From an uncultured Acidimicrobiia bacterium (GTDB lineage Bacteria; Acidobacteriota; Terriglobia; Versatilivoradales; Versatilivoraceae): a stretch of DNA of 64,000 nucleotides. The notes below the pieces were generated by a model. That model ran no database searches. It worked only from the letters and a program-made list of their open reading frames with translations, and was not told where the DNA came from. Of this stretch, positions 1-10,432 are shown piece after piece. The stretch covers positions 128,001 to 192,000 of the forward strand of contig CAWBAT010000009.1 in assembly GCA_963786955.1 (NCBI GenBank). Reading direction: 5' to 3'. Each line of letters starts with the position of its first letter. The first letter of the stretch is position 1. Both the position numbers and the translations under genes were made by a program.

Positions 1-193
1 CGAGATGGTCTCCGAGGGATTTGTTTCGGATCACGTCTTCGGTCAGCGCGGCCAAACAGTTCAGGGTGTTCGAGGGCAACACGCCTCGAAAATAGGTAAC
101 GACATAACCGTCATCATCGTAGTTGGAGGGCTTGATCAAGTACAGCTGCACCAAGCGAGTGGGGATAGAGGTCATGCGTGAACGCTTGAACAT
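1..193 (-). CDS. Probable B12-binding radical SAM protein, N-terminal part (runs off window start)
   Basis: Manual translation from ATG at 193 (RBS GGAGAG): MFKRSRMTSIPTRLVQLYLIKPSNYDDDGYVVTYFRGVLPSNTL...; the LIKPSxYDDDGYV..PSNT motif is recalled from N-termini of cobalamin-binding radical SAM proteins; not in the ORF track because it is truncated. Confidence 0.65.
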   Translation of the reverse strand, partial: MFKRSRMTSIPTRLVQLYLIKPSNYDDDGYVVTYFRGVLPSNTLNCLAALTEDVIRNKSLGDHL

Positions 194-472
194 TTGGACT
201 CTCCTGGCAATCGATGGGAAACCATCAAAAGGAAGGTGAGAACTGGTTTACTATCGGTTATTGGCCCGAGCTAATGAGTTATAGAGGAAACGATAACTCA
301 AGAAGAAATAAATTCAGGGACAAAAATACCAGATTTGCCGTTTCTAGAGAATCGAAATCGCAGATCGAGTTTTCACCTAGGACAGCAATGCGTTAGTTTA
401 GGCTCAATTTGAGAGGTAATGAAATGCACGGCTAGCACATACACGCGTTGTCGGCATGTCCCTTAAGTAGTC

Positions 473-609
473 GTAGGGCAGAGTCGAAGTTTGACTCTGC
501 GGCAGTTCTACCAAAAAGCCGCAGACCCGGGAAATCGGGTCTGCGCTACGAGACTGTCTGTCCATGCAATGTGTTCCTACGCAGACATGTAAAAAACACA
601 TGTCTGCGC
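473..609. repeat. REP-like GTAG-headed hairpin cluster
   Basis: GTAGGGCAGAGTC..GACTCTGC (473-500) and GCAGACCCG..CGGGTCTGCGCTAC (521-549) face each other; third hairpin GCAGACATGT..ACATGTCTGC at 581-607. Confidence 0.6.
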
Positions 610-648
610 CAGCCAGCGTCATCTGGTTTATTCTCAGAGTCTCATGAT

Positions 649-996
649 TTACGATCGAATGAGCGTCAAGATCATCTTGAACCGTTTCACAGCGTTGAGG
701 GCATGAGGCACATTGGCTGGCATGATGATCATCTCCCCTTCTCCGAGTTGGAAAGGTTTTCCTGCAATGAGGATCTCGGCCTGGCCGTCCAACAGATAAA
801 CTAAGGCATCAAATGGCGCAGTATGCTCGCTGAGTCCTTGGCCTTCATCGAAAGCAAACAGCGTGACGGTTCCCGTTTTGCGGGTAATGATCTCCCGGCT
901 CACGACTGAGCCTTCCTGATATCCGACCCATTCGGAAGCTTTGACCACCTGCGAGACGAGAGTCTTGACTTGGGAGGTTTCTTGATTTCGTTCCAT
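649..996 (-). CDS. Cupin domain protein
   Basis: 115 aa; GSVVSR, TLFAFDEGQGLSEHTAPFDA, MPANVPHAL cupin motifs. Confidence 0.9.
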   Translation of the reverse strand: MERNQETSQVKTLVSQVVKASEWVGYQEGSVVSREIITRKTGTVTLFAFDEGQGLSEHTAPFDALVYLLDGQAEILIAGKPFQLGEGEMIIMPANVPHALNAVKRFKMILTLIRS

Positions 997-1432
997 TTCT
1001 CAATCCCCTTGATTATATTGAACCGCCTATACTCTATAATTTGCTGACGTTTCCTGCACTAGAGATTGTGCAATCAGCCTCAAACAGGACCTAACTGTTG
1101 TGTATGTTGCTAATTTCGAACCGTAGCCCATGAACTCAAATTTCTCATGATTTTTCTCTTTAACCGACTGAAAAGCTATAAAAACTCGCTACTTGTGAAG
1201 TTTTTGTTTGCATTTCAACAGGGGATCCGATACATTGGTGATGGCTTAATCAGTTTTTGTGATCTCAAGAGTAACCAGCAGGCCACAGAACATTCGATTT
1301 TGTGGCCTTTTTTTAGTTTACGGCGGTTATGGGACATTGCTTGATGCAGGTTGAATTAATTGCCGGGCCTGAGTTCTCAAAGACGATGACAGCACAATCT
1401 AAACATAATTCAGTAAAGGATAGAAAAACAGT

Positions 1433-1636
1433 ATGAGAGAACAAGGTATCGTCAAGTGGTTCAACAATGAGAAGGGCTACGGATTCATCCAACGTGCATC
1501 CGGCGCCGACGTATTCGTCCACCACACCGCCATCCAGGAACAGGGATATAAATCTCTGAATGAAGGGCAGGCCGTGGAGTTTACAGTAAATAACGGCCCC
1601 AAAGGATTGCAGGCTGCCGAAGTGGTGAAGATCTAA
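1433..1636 (+). CDS. cspA: Cold-shock protein
   Basis: 67 aa; [15 protein letters not shown] and DVFVH RNP motifs; RBS AAAGGA. Confidence 0.97.
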   Translation: MREQGIVKWFNNEKGYGFIQRASGADVFVHHTAIQEQGYKSLNEGQAVEFTVNNGPKGLQAAEVVKI

Positions 1637-1654
1637 TCTGAATCACGAACCTTC

Positions 1655-1691
1655 ACGGGAAACCCATTCATTTGGGTTTCCCGTTTTTTTT
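1655..1691 (+). terminator. Rho-independent terminator after cspA
   Basis: 12-bp stem ACGGGAAACCCA / TGGGTTTCCCGT with 6-nt loop, followed by a T run. Confidence 0.9.
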
Positions 1692-1738
1692 CCCCCCTGA
1701 CTTCCCGCTTCCTTTGACGCTCGGAAAGGATTTCCTCA

Positions 1739-2053
1739 GTGACGATTCAATTTCTGGGCACGCATCAGATTCTCACTTCCCGCATTTACAGCTTTCGAGT
1801 GATTGGGACGCTTCGCGAGGAGCGGATGATTGAATTCTCGATCGCGAATCAATTGGTCACAGACAACAAATTCAAGATTCAGGATCTCCCGGATCTTTGC
1901 TTTGCCCGGTTAAAGAACGAACTCAGCCTCGAAAACGAACAGAATGTTCTCCCCTCGGGTCTCTGTGTCACAGATTTAGAGTTAAAAAAGTATCTGGAAT
2001 TGCATTACCCCGCAAAAGTTAGACGTAACTCCGCAGTCAACCCTGAATCCTAG
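1739..2053 (+). CDS. Hypothetical protein (resembles a conserved acidobacterial small protein)
   Basis: 104-aa ORF, GTG start with AAAGGA RBS; IQFLG..R.YSFRV...QDLPDLCF.RL..EL pattern recalled from Acidobacteria. Confidence 0.65.
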   Translation: MTIQFLGTHQILTSRIYSFRVIGTLREERMIEFSIANQLVTDNKFKIQDLPDLCFARLKNELSLENEQNVLPSGLCVTDLELKKYLELHYPAKVRRNSAVNPES

Positions 2054-2085
2054 CCCCAGCTGCCCCGCAGTCTCGCCGCATTGCT

Positions 2086-4167
2086 TCAGGGGAGTGCGAA
2101 TGCAACGTACTGGCTGCCCGAAGGCCTTCCCCTACCCCCTCCAGCGGCAATCACTACATACTGACGGCCATCCACCTCATAGGTTGCGGGCGTGGCATTT
2201 CCGGCAAAAGGCAGAAGCGTTTCCCAGAGCAACTTTCCGGTCAGTTTGTCGAAGGCACGAAATTTGCTGTCGAACTGCGTCGCTCCAATGAAGAATAGAC
2301 CGCCAGCCGTCACGATTCCCCCCCCATGATTTGTGCTCCCTGTGTCCTTGATGCCCTGGGCAACTAGTTCGGGGTACTCACCGAAAGGAATCTTCCAGAC
2401 GAACTCTCCCGTGTCGAGATGAATCGCACTCAGGCTGCCCCAGGGCGGGGTGATTGCCGGGTAACCGTCAGGATCGGTGAATTGGTTGTATCCATCGAAG
2501 GTGTACTTCAGTTCTATGGGGGGTTTAAAGCCGCTTTCTATTTCTACTTCCCGGTCTTCTCCCTTCAGAAGAAACACAGCCAAAGCTCGCAATGCGGGCT
2601 CACCGAGTGAAGCAAACCCGGGCATTCGCCCGCCCCCACTAGAAATAAATTGGGTCATTTGATCTTCCGTGAGACGGCCTGTCAAATGGTCAAGGGCGGG
2701 AAATTCGGGGGGAGATCCCTTTCGATCGGGCTTGTGACAACTGGCGCAACGGCTCAAGTAAATCTGCGCGGCCTGGTCTCGCTTCTTCATGCCGATGGCC
2801 GGAACCAGCCGGAGTATCCAGGCCACCTCATTCGCATTCACATAGTAAAGATGAGTTTCCGGGTCGTAAGCTTCGCCACCCCATTCTGCTCCTCCCGAGA
2901 AGCCGGGGAAAACTATCGTGCCTTTAGTACTTGCTGGAGTGAAACGACCACCGAAGTCGAGATTACGTAGGCTTTCCAACGCCGCCTTGTGAGCAGCCTC
3001 GGTGCGGTTGGTGACCGTCGCTTCCGTCATCTCCTGCCGGACGAACGGTGCAGGCTTTAAGGAAAATCGCTGAGTTTTTGAAAGCAGTTCGCCTTCCATG
3101 TTTGATGCTGGCACCGGCCGCTCTTCAGAGGGAAACAGGCTCTCCCCTGTTTCCCGATTCAGCACATAGATGAACCCATCTTTACCCGCCTGCACAACCA
3201 CATCCATCAATTTTCCGTTGTGCTTTACCGTGGCGAGCAGTGGCGCGGTCGGGAAATCTAAATCCCAGGTGTCATGCTTGACAGACTGGAAATGCCATTT
3301 TCGCTTCCCAGTAGCTGCATCCAAGCAAATGATACTGTTGGCAAACAGATTGTCTCCATGGCGGTCTGCCCCATAGAAGTCAAAAGCCGCCGATCCAGTG
3401 GGGACAAACACCAGTCCTCGATCGAGATCCACTGTCATACCGGCCCAGTTGTTTGCTCCTCCGCTGTATTTCCACGCATCCGGAGGCCAGGTATCATAAC
3501 CAAATTCGCCGGCCCGAGGAATGGTGTGAAAGGTCCAGCGTAGTTTGCCCGTACGCACGTCATAGGCACGGATATCTCCCGGTGTCGAAGGAAGTGCTTC
3601 GGGCACGGCGCTCCCCAGGATAAGTAGGTCACGATAGATCACTCCCGGCGTGCTGGAACTGATCTTGACGGGAGTCGGTATATCTTTGAAGGCCTCCCGC
3701 AAATCGACAACCCCATTCTGGCCAAACGCTTGGTCAAGTTTTCCCGTCCGAGCATCGAGAGAGATCAAATCGCTGTTTAAAGTTACCAAAATGCGAGCCT
3801 GCTTCCCATCCGTCCAATAGGTCAATCCTCGGTTTACGGGAAATTGGCCTTTGGCTCCATTGAGCCCGTCATACTCCCAGATCAATTTCCCCGTAGCAGC
3901 ATTTAGCGCGATCACGCGCAACGACGTCGTCGTAGCGTAGAGAACGCCATCGATGATTATGGGATTACACTCGATGGTGGAACCCTCGGAAGCATCGCCG
4001 CTATCATAGGTCCAGGCAACTTTAAGTTGACGAACATTCCCCCTATGGATTTGATCGAGTGAAGAATAGTGGGTGTTTCCCGGCCCACCTCCAAATCTTT
4101 CCCACCGGGAATATTGATCTGCTGCCAGCAAATTCATGGAGCATAGAAAAAACAGGAAAATCCTCAT
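2086..4167 (-). CDS. PQQ-dependent (glucose/quinate-type) dehydrogenase with cytochrome c domain
   Basis: PQQ beta-propeller W-motifs (ATGKLIW, RTGKLRW, HDTWDLD); CASCH heme motif; signal peptide; start moved to ATG 4167. Confidence 0.9.
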   Translation of the reverse strand: MRIFLFFLCSMNLLAADQYSRWERFGGGPGNTHYSSLDQIHRGNVRQLKVAWTYDSGDASEGSTIECNPIIIDGVLYATTTSLRVIALNAATGKLIWEYDGLNGAKGQFPVNRGLTYWTDGKQARILVTLNSDLISLDARTGKLDQAFGQNGVVDLREAFKDIPTPVKISSSTPGVIYRDLLILGSAVPEALPSTPGDIRAYDVRTGKLRWTFHTIPRAGEFGYDTWPPDAWKYSGGANNWAGMTVDLDRGLVFVPTGSAAFDFYGADRHGDNLFANSIICLDAATGKRKWHFQSVKHDTWDLDFPTAPLLATVKHNGKLMDVVVQAGKDGFIYVLNRETGESLFPSEERPVPASNMEGELLSKTQRFSLKPAPFVRQEMTEATVTNRTEAAHKAALESLRNLDFGGRFTPASTKGTIVFPGFSGGAEWGGEAYDPETHLYYVNANEVAWILRLVPAIGMKKRDQAAQIYLSRCASCHKPDRKGSPPEFPALDHLTGRLTEDQMTQFISSGGGRMPGFASLGEPALRALAVFLLKGEDREVEIESGFKPPIELKYTFDGYNQFTDPDGYPAITPPWGSLSAIHLDTGEFVWKIPFGEYPELVAQGIKDTGSTNHGGGIVTAGGLFFIGATQFDSKFRAFDKLTGKLLWETLLPFAGNATPATYEVDGRQYVVIAAGGGRGRPSGSQYVAFALP

Positions 4168-4438
4168 GAAAGACCTCGATTCCCTAACGGACCGAATAGA
4201 TAGACAGCGATTGCAGCTCGACACTTTTAAGCATGATTCAATCCACTGGACGCGCGTGATAATGGCAACCTATTTTTGGACCGAAAAACTAGCACTATTG
4301 CCAGGCAAAAACAAGCGCTAACACAAACGGTGGCCTTCAAGAATGTTCCCTGTCATTCCCAAGTCTGATAAGAAGCAGGCGGCGAGAGTCCTGGCGCGTT
4401 ACACGTTTTCATTGGATCTTGTGTACTACTTTAAAGAA

Positions 4439-4532
4439 TGGCGGAGAGGGCGGGATTCGAACCCGCGTGGGAGTGTTTAGCCCCCAAACCGCTTTCGAGG
4501 CGGCCCCGTTACGACCACTTCGGTACCTCTCC
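4439..4532 (-). tRNA. tRNA-Ser(CGA)
   Basis: Reverse complement GGAGAGGTACCGAAGTGGTCGTAACGGGGCCGCCT-CGA-AAGCGGT, long variable arm, GGTTCGAATCCC, CTCTCCGCCA end. Confidence 0.96.
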
Positions 4533-4633
4533 GTGGGATGAGCAAGCAGAAATAAGGAGTGTGAGATTACAAAGAGCTGACGGGCGAAAGAGCAGAGAAA
4601 ACGTTCTCTGGAATTCGTCCAAATTCCGTGAAG

Positions 4634-5116
4634 TTACTTTCGCGACCTTCGCTTGTTTTTAAAGAATTGCTTGAGCAATTCAGCCGAATCCTTCCCCAAA
4701 ACACCCGAAATTACGGTATAACGGTGATTCGAGAATCGGGCTTGGGCCAACCCGAGATGCGAATCGATTGCACCTGCCTTGAGATCTTTGGTTCCGTAAA
4801 CCAGGCATTGAACACGTGCCCAAATCAACGCGCCCGCGCACATGAGGCACGGTTCGAGAGTGCAATAAACAGTGGCTGATGTCAATCGGTAATTTCCTGT
4901 TTTCCGGGCGGCTTGGCGTAGAGCCAGGATCTCCGCGTGGGCCGTCGGATCATTCTTTCGGATGCTTTGATTATAGCCTTTCCCGACGACTTTTCCTGAA
5001 ATGACGACGACGGCTCCCACCGGAACTTCTCCAATCCTGCCGGCTTTTTGAGCCAGGGTTAAAGCCATTTTCATGAATCGATTGTGTTGCGCTTTCACTT
5101 GTTCTTGATTTGTCAT
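4634..5116 (-). CDS. tadA: tRNA-specific adenosine deaminase
   Basis: EVPVGAV, DPTAHAE and [11 protein letters not shown] deaminase motifs; start set at MTNQEQ. Confidence 0.95.
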   Translation of the reverse strand: MTNQEQVKAQHNRFMKMALTLAQKAGRIGEVPVGAVVVISGKVVGKGYNQSIRKNDPTAHAEILALRQAARKTGNYRLTSATVYCTLEPCLMCAGALIWARVQCLVYGTKDLKAGAIDSHLGLAQARFSNHRYTVISGVLGKDSAELLKQFFKNKRRSRK

Positions 5117-5156
5117 ACCATTCACTGCTCGATTCGAAGATATAAGGAGAGCCAAA

Positions 5157-5831
5157 ATGCCTCGGAAATCAACCCTCGTTCACCTACTTCAGATTCAGTG
5201 CCTGATTTTGCTCCTGCCTGGCTTGATCATCGCCCAGCAAAAAAACGATTACAAGAATTACGTATCATTATTTGACGGAAAGAGCCTGGCCGGGTGGTTG
5301 TTAATGGGGAAAAAAGGTCAGGGCTACCTGGTTGAAAATGGCATCCTGGTCTGCCCCGCGGATGGCGGAGGAAATCTCTTTACCGTCAAGGAGTACGCAA
5401 ATTTTATTTTCGACTTTAAATTTCGGGTTGCTCCCGGGGGGAATAATGGGATCGGGATTCGCGCCCCCTTGGAAGGCGATGCTGCTTATGTTGGAATGGA
5501 GGTTCAGATCCTCGATGATGACGCCCCCGAGTACAAGGGCAAGTTACAGCCGGCCCAGCTTCATGGATCTATTTATGGTGTCTTCGCCGCACAATCCGGA
5601 TACCTCAAGAAAGCCGGAGAGTGGAACCAAGAGGAGATCAAGGCCGACGGCCGGCACATTCAGGTCACCTTGAATGGCCATAAAATAGTTGATGCAGACC
5701 TGGATTCGGTCAAAGATCCAGAGGTCTTGAAAAAACATCCCGGCCTGGCTCGGACCACGGGGCACATTGGGTTCCTGGGGCATGACTCCCGCGTGGAGTT
5801 TCGTGAAATCCGGATCAAGGAGCTGCCCTAA
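5157..5831 (+). CDS. DUF1080 (3-keto-disaccharide hydrolase family) secreted protein
   Basis: [49 protein letters not shown]; signal peptide. Confidence 0.92.
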   Translation: MPRKSTLVHLLQIQCLILLLPGLIIAQQKNDYKNYVSLFDGKSLAGWLLMGKKGQGYLVENGILVCPADGGGNLFTVKEYANFIFDFKFRVAPGGNNGIGIRAPLEGDAAYVGMEVQILDDDAPEYKGKLQPAQLHGSIYGVFAAQSGYLKKAGEWNQEEIKADGRHIQVTLNGHKIVDADLDSVKDPEVLKKHPGLARTTGHIGFLGHDSRVEFREIRIKELP

Positions 5832-5936
5832 AACTGGGCTCCGTACTCGCTTACCGCTCCCTTTCCTTGGCTGTTTATTAGTCTTCGCAATGAACCCGAG
5901 AACGCCGCCAGAACGGCGACTTTTCGGTTGTTTAAA

Positions 5937-6245
5937 TCATCCAAGCAGGTCGAGAACTGATTCGAGTTCCCCTTTTGCTTTATTATCCTTAAGCCGGGAT
6001 GCCACTTCGATTCCCTTCTGGTAGATTTGTCTGGCTTCATCGTACTGGCCCAAATTCTCCAACGTCTGTCCGGTATGGTAGTACGCGGCAACGTAATCCG
6101 AATTGATCGAGAGCAGATGTTTAAATTCGGATACGGCCTCCGCCAGATTCCCTTGCCTGGCAAATTCCATCGCCAGACCATAGCGAGCGAAATTGTCTTC
6201 TGGATTTGCCTGCAGAATTTCTCTCAATGCACTAAGACGATCCAT
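5937..6245 (-). CDS. Tetratricopeptide repeat protein
   Basis: 102 aa; NPEDNFARYGLAME and YVAAYYHTGQTLE TPR pattern; RBS AGGAG. Confidence 0.88.
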   Translation of the reverse strand: MDRLSALREILQANPEDNFARYGLAMEFARQGNLAEAVSEFKHLLSINSDYVAAYYHTGQTLENLGQYDEARQIYQKGIEVASRLKDNKAKGELESVLDLLG

Positions 6246-6504
6246 GGCGATCCGCTCCTATGAGTATTGTTCCGAATACGTCCTTCCCCGTTGTCTGGGT
6301 TCGGCGGGCTCTTTGACTTCTAGGACCCGGTGCCATCCCCATCTCCGCTGAGGCAACGGAATGGGCCCATGAGTTCCGCTCTAAAGTACTGAAATCACTT
6401 GTCGCCAAACTCTTAGAAGTATATGATTTTTGCGCTTCCCTGTCGTCCTCTAAAGCCTTAGCCGATGTGAACGTGGTGTGCTGAACCAGACAAAAGGAAT
6501 GTCC

Positions 6505-6744
6505 ATGAATAAGAATATCACACTGACAGAATCCCAATACCTGCGGCTTCTCGAACTGATCTCTGCATTGGAGGAACAGGCGGTGTTATTTTCCTGGACA
6601 AGCCTGCAGTATGGGACCACCCTGAAAATCATCGCAACGGGGTTGAAGGATATCTTGGAAGGAAATAAACTGATCGATGACCTGCTCGAAGAAGTAGATC
6701 AAACCCTGACAGACAGGCCTCGCGCAAGAGCGGCGGCTTCCTGA
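6505..6744 (+). CDS. Hypothetical helical protein
   Basis: ORF with AAAGGA RBS filling an intergenic gap; amphipathic helical composition; no family recognised. Confidence 0.55.
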   Translation: MNKNITLTESQYLRLLELISALEEQAVLFSWTSLQYGTTLKIIATGLKDILEGNKLIDDLLEEVDQTLTDRPRARAAAS

Positions 6745-6772
6745 CAAACCCCTTCAAAGATGAATCAATCCC

Positions 6773-8317
6773 TTAGTAGTTTGTGATCCTGCCGGCTGTT
6801 TCCGGGAAACTCATGCTCTCCACAAACGTTGCGTGAAAATTCTGATCGGAGGCCAGCGAGAGGTGACGACTCATCTTGCGGACCTGTTCCATAGTCGTGT
6901 TGAAGAGGGTCTTGGAGAGGAGCATCATCTTTGCGCCACGAAGTGCGGTGTTTCCGGCCGAGTGGATCTTCCCCGGACTCACCTCGAGCAGACCGATTCG
7001 GCGGGCACTCTCCCGGTTGACATAGTTCCCGAAAGCTCCTGCCAGGTGGAGTTTGTGCAGATCATTGAGCTTCTTCCCAAACTGATCCAGCAAGATCCGA
7101 AGGCCCGCCGCTATTGCGCCTTTTGCCAGCTGTAGCTCCCGGATGTCTCCCTGACTCAGGCTTACGGGAGAAAGGAGCTTCCACTCTTTCGACCCGTCGC
7201 TGAAGCGTCCGTTGCTTTGAAGGAACCCGAGATTCAACCCAGCTGCCGCGGCATCCACCAAGCCGCTCCCACAGATCCCTCGCGCGTGCCCTTCCCCGAG
7301 AACATGACAATGCAGCTTCCCGTTGCGCAGCGACACTCCGGTGATGGCCCCGGCCGAAGCCCGCATTCCCATTCGAATCCGGCCGGCCTCAAAGGCAGGT
7401 CCCGCCGCGGTCGATGCACAAATCAGACCGGAACGGTCGCCCACAACGATCTCCCCGTTAGTTCCAAGATCAGCCAGCGCGACCAATTCCGCGCTTTCGG
7501 CCATCCCCGTGGCAATGATCCCGGCCAGGACATCACTCCCCACAAAACCTCCCAGGCACGGAAGGAAACAGACTTTCGCGTCACCGCATCCAGTCCATTC
7601 GAGTTCCCGTGCCGTCAAGCGGATCAGGCCGTCGTTTTTGGGTTCAAACGGCACATGCGAGAGGGGCTCAACATCAATTCCACAAAAAAGGTGATGCATC
7701 ACCGTGTTTCCCACAATCATCACATGGCGCAGTCTTTCGGGTGAAAGGCGGGCCAGTCTGAAAGTCTCTTGGATCATTTCATGCAGACAATTGCGAATCT
7801 CGCGAGTCAACTTCCCATGGGTCACACTTCCCTCAGCGAGCGCAAACTCAATGCGGCTCATGACGTCCGCCCCGTGGGCAGCCTGAGGATTGAGTGCCGT
7901 CTGGACGGCTAAAACCTGCCCCGTAGTTAAATCGACCAACTGGGCAACCAGAGTAGTTGTCCCCAGATCGATGGCAATTCCAAGCCCTTCATCTGGTTCG
8001 AAATCAAACTGGGCATCGTCAGAGAGAATGGGAGTGTCCCACTGGGCAATCTCCAGTTCCAGCGGACCATCGACGCACCCCTGGCAAGCCAGACGCCAGC
8101 CGGCCGCGATTTCTTCTGGACTTAATATTTCTTCCATTTCCAGGGTCTTGGGGAGATTTCCTTCGAGGACACGAACGCGGCAGCCACGGCAAATACCCAC
8201 TCCGCCACAAGGAAACTCCACCCCATATTTGAATAGGATATCTTGCAGTGGAGTGCCCGGTGTGACTTCCAGACTCTCACCGAGGGGAGCTAGACGGATC
8301 TGAATCTTCTTTTGCAT
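6773..8317 (-). CDS. ASKHA-domain / 2Fe-2S reductive activator of corrinoid proteins (RACE/RamA-like, DUF4445)
   Basis: N-terminal CGGxGxCxxC...RLACQ ferredoxin; DLGTTT, GADVMSRI, DLGTNGE, AAGPAFE, GICGSG, LAGAFG. Confidence 0.93.
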   Translation of the reverse strand: MQKKIQIRLAPLGESLEVTPGTPLQDILFKYGVEFPCGGVGICRGCRVRVLEGNLPKTLEMEEILSPEEIAAGWRLACQGCVDGPLELEIAQWDTPILSDDAQFDFEPDEGLGIAIDLGTTTLVAQLVDLTTGQVLAVQTALNPQAAHGADVMSRIEFALAEGSVTHGKLTREIRNCLHEMIQETFRLARLSPERLRHVMIVGNTVMHHLFCGIDVEPLSHVPFEPKNDGLIRLTARELEWTGCGDAKVCFLPCLGGFVGSDVLAGIIATGMAESAELVALADLGTNGEIVVGDRSGLICASTAAGPAFEAGRIRMGMRASAGAITGVSLRNGKLHCHVLGEGHARGICGSGLVDAAAAGLNLGFLQSNGRFSDGSKEWKLLSPVSLSQGDIRELQLAKGAIAAGLRILLDQFGKKLNDLHKLHLAGAFGNYVNRESARRIGLLEVSPGKIHSAGNTALRGAKMMLLSKTLFNTTMEQVRKMSRHLSLASDQNFHATFVESMSFPETAGRITNY

Positions 8318-8422
8318 GGGTTAAGCGAGTTCAACTTTTCAGGGGCTAGCGGCAATTCAACGTCCGTCGCAGGAGAAATGGAGTAAACGTGGAAGACTGA
8401 ACAGGATATACAGACGCCGGGA

Positions 8423-9169
8423 TTACTCTTTACACTCTTCCAGCTCGATAATGTTTTCCTTATAGGAAGCCTTGATTCGGAAACCTTTGGGAACGACCAG
8501 GAAATCATTTTCCGGCCATTCCCCCGAAAGGAGCCGCTCAAACAGGCTCAAGTCTCCGCGAATTTTGTCAAATGTCCAACCCCGCTGTTTGGCTTCTTCT
8601 TGAGCCTGCTTTTCGAAATGGTCATCGGCTTCAATTCCAGTTTCGATAAACGTCAGCTGGCGGTAATGCTTCTGATATTCCGTAAATTGTTCATAGAGGA
8701 AACGCCCGTTATCTTCCCCATATTGTTCGATCAAGTCCTGCAAGTTGTAGTTGACCCCTTTCTTGGACATGACCCGATTGCTGACTTGCTCCAAATTTCC
8801 GCCTCGCTCAATCCATCCCGTCGAGCGAAAGTAGACTCCGGAATTGTTTTCGAAGTATTTCTGATAGTTTTGGCGGCTGCCCATGAGAAGAGTGATGCAA
8901 TCATGCGCTCGCGGAACAACGATCGGGAGCGTTCTGGCGGTAAGGCCTTGAATTCCATTGCCACAGAGCGCATACCCTAACAAGACGGCATCATATTGAC
9001 CCGGGTCGACCCGGTCGATCAATTCCTGCAACTTTTCCCGCATAGACTGCCCTCCCAGATCATGGAGTCCTTTGGAGCAAAACTCGACGTCAATCTGGTG
9101 TGGCGAGCGGGCCAAAGCTGCACACATCTCGCGAAAGACTACTTCACAGCTAATGAGTTTATATCGCAT
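8423..9169 (-). CDS. DUF1638 domain protein
   Basis: ISCEV, GLH, LGYALCGNG, PRAHDCITLL motifs; family commonly found in corrinoid clusters. Confidence 0.88.
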   Translation of the reverse strand: MRYKLISCEVVFREMCAALARSPHQIDVEFCSKGLHDLGGQSMREKLQELIDRVDPGQYDAVLLGYALCGNGIQGLTARTLPIVVPRAHDCITLLMGSRQNYQKYFENNSGVYFRSTGWIERGGNLEQVSNRVMSKKGVNYNLQDLIEQYGEDNGRFLYEQFTEYQKHYRQLTFIETGIEADDHFEKQAQEEAKQRGWTFDKIRGDLSLFERLLSGEWPENDFLVVPKGFRIKASYKENIIELEECKE

Positions 9170-9448
9170 GGATGGATTCTTCCGATTTGAAATCCTACCC
9201 CCGGTGTTGAACAAAAAATTGGCCTCGCAGAGTACAACGCTCTGGGGAGGAGACCAATCATGGAGCGCCAGCCTCTACGAGGCCTATTGAACTCGAAAGC
9301 GTGCTTTCCAGACTATCTAATCTTATATAAACGCAATGATAATATTATAAATCCGGCAGGGACCCCCAAGACATCGCCGTGAAGTCTTCTCAAGACTTCA
9401 CCCTGTGGCTACCGCCATGATCCAAGGGGGACCTTTCCCAATTCCCCT

Positions 9449-9560
9449 GAAGAGATCTGAAGAAATTGTAGCGGCGCTCTATGAGCGCCGACCAAACCAT
9501 TGAATTAAAAAGAACACGGCGGTCACAGGCCGCCGCTACAGCCGATTCTTTCACACCTTC
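9449..9560. mobile_element. MITE-like element (GAAG...CTTC ends) with REP-like core
   Basis: Ends GAAGAGATCTGAAGAAATT / ATTCTTTCACACCTTC; CCT on both flanks (9446-48, 9561-63); internal GTAGCGGCGCTC..GAGCGCCG and CGGCGG..CCGCCGCTAC hairpins. Confidence 0.55.
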
Positions 9561-9663
9561 CCTCCTGTTAAGGGGGAAGCAAATAGATCATCGTCTCTCC
9601 TTGCACAAGGGGGGACTTCAGGGGGTGGAGAATTATTAGTAAGCAACATTTAGTGCAACTGCT

Positions 9664-10293
9664 TTAGTTTGTCATGAAACTACGCGCAAGATTCACGGCC
9701 GATGCAGCATTTTCGCCATACCCATCCGCACCAATCTGGTCAGCAAAGTTTTGAGTGATGGGAGCACCGCCAATCAGGACTTTCACGCGATCTCGCACCC
9801 CAGCCTGCTTCAGGGCGTCGATCGTGGACTTCATGGAAGGCATTGTGACGGTCAAAAGTGCGGAAAGGCAAATCAAATTCGGATTCTGTTCTTTGACAAC
9901 TTCCACGAATTTCTCGGGAGCGACATCGGTGCCCAGATCGATCACCTCAAAACCTCCCCCTTCGAGCATGGAAGCTACCAGGTTTTTGCCGATGTCGTGC
10001 AAGTCGCCCTTCACGGTCCCGATCACCACCCGTCCCACCGGCTTGGAGCCTTGCGCTGCCAATCGGGGTCGAAGGATTTGCAAACATCCCTTCATAGCCC
10101 GCGCAGAAATCAACATTTCCGGAACAAAATACTCTTCACATTCGAATCGCTTTCCCACTTCAGCCATGGCCGGAATCATGAACTTCTGCACCAAGTCTAG
10201 GGGATCTGCATTCTCGGCAAGGGCCTTTTCAGTCGCGGCAATCGCTCTCTTTGCGTCTCCATCAATAATTGCATCGTAAACTTCTTTGGACAT
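9664..10293 (-). CDS. Corrinoid (cobalamin-binding) protein of a methyltransferase system
   Basis: GTVKGDLHDIGKNLV B12-binding motif, SALLT, IGGAP; N-terminal cap domain (FVPEMLISARAM). Confidence 0.96.
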   Translation of the reverse strand: MSKEVYDAIIDGDAKRAIAATEKALAENADPLDLVQKFMIPAMAEVGKRFECEEYFVPEMLISARAMKGCLQILRPRLAAQGSKPVGRVVIGTVKGDLHDIGKNLVASMLEGGGFEVIDLGTDVAPEKFVEVVKEQNPNLICLSALLTVTMPSMKSTIDALKQAGVRDRVKVLIGGAPITQNFADQIGADGYGENAASAVNLARSFMTN

Positions 10294-10432
10294 TATTGCC
10301 TCCTCTTCGATTCACTCAAGTGTTGACTGACGCCACTGCCCAAGAACAGATGGCCGACAATCGAATACGCAAACCCACAAAAAATCCCGGAGGGCTTCGA
10401 AGGATTCTACTTCAGCTTGGCCTCCGGGCTCT

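Noticed and set aside
387-398. 12-bp match to the 168-bp MITE end (AATGCGTTAGTT)
   Set aside because: No partner end or internal MITE sequence nearby; may be chance or a remnant
4438-4662. 74-aa ORF (and likewise 37600..37797)
   Set aside because: Antisense shadows of tRNA genes
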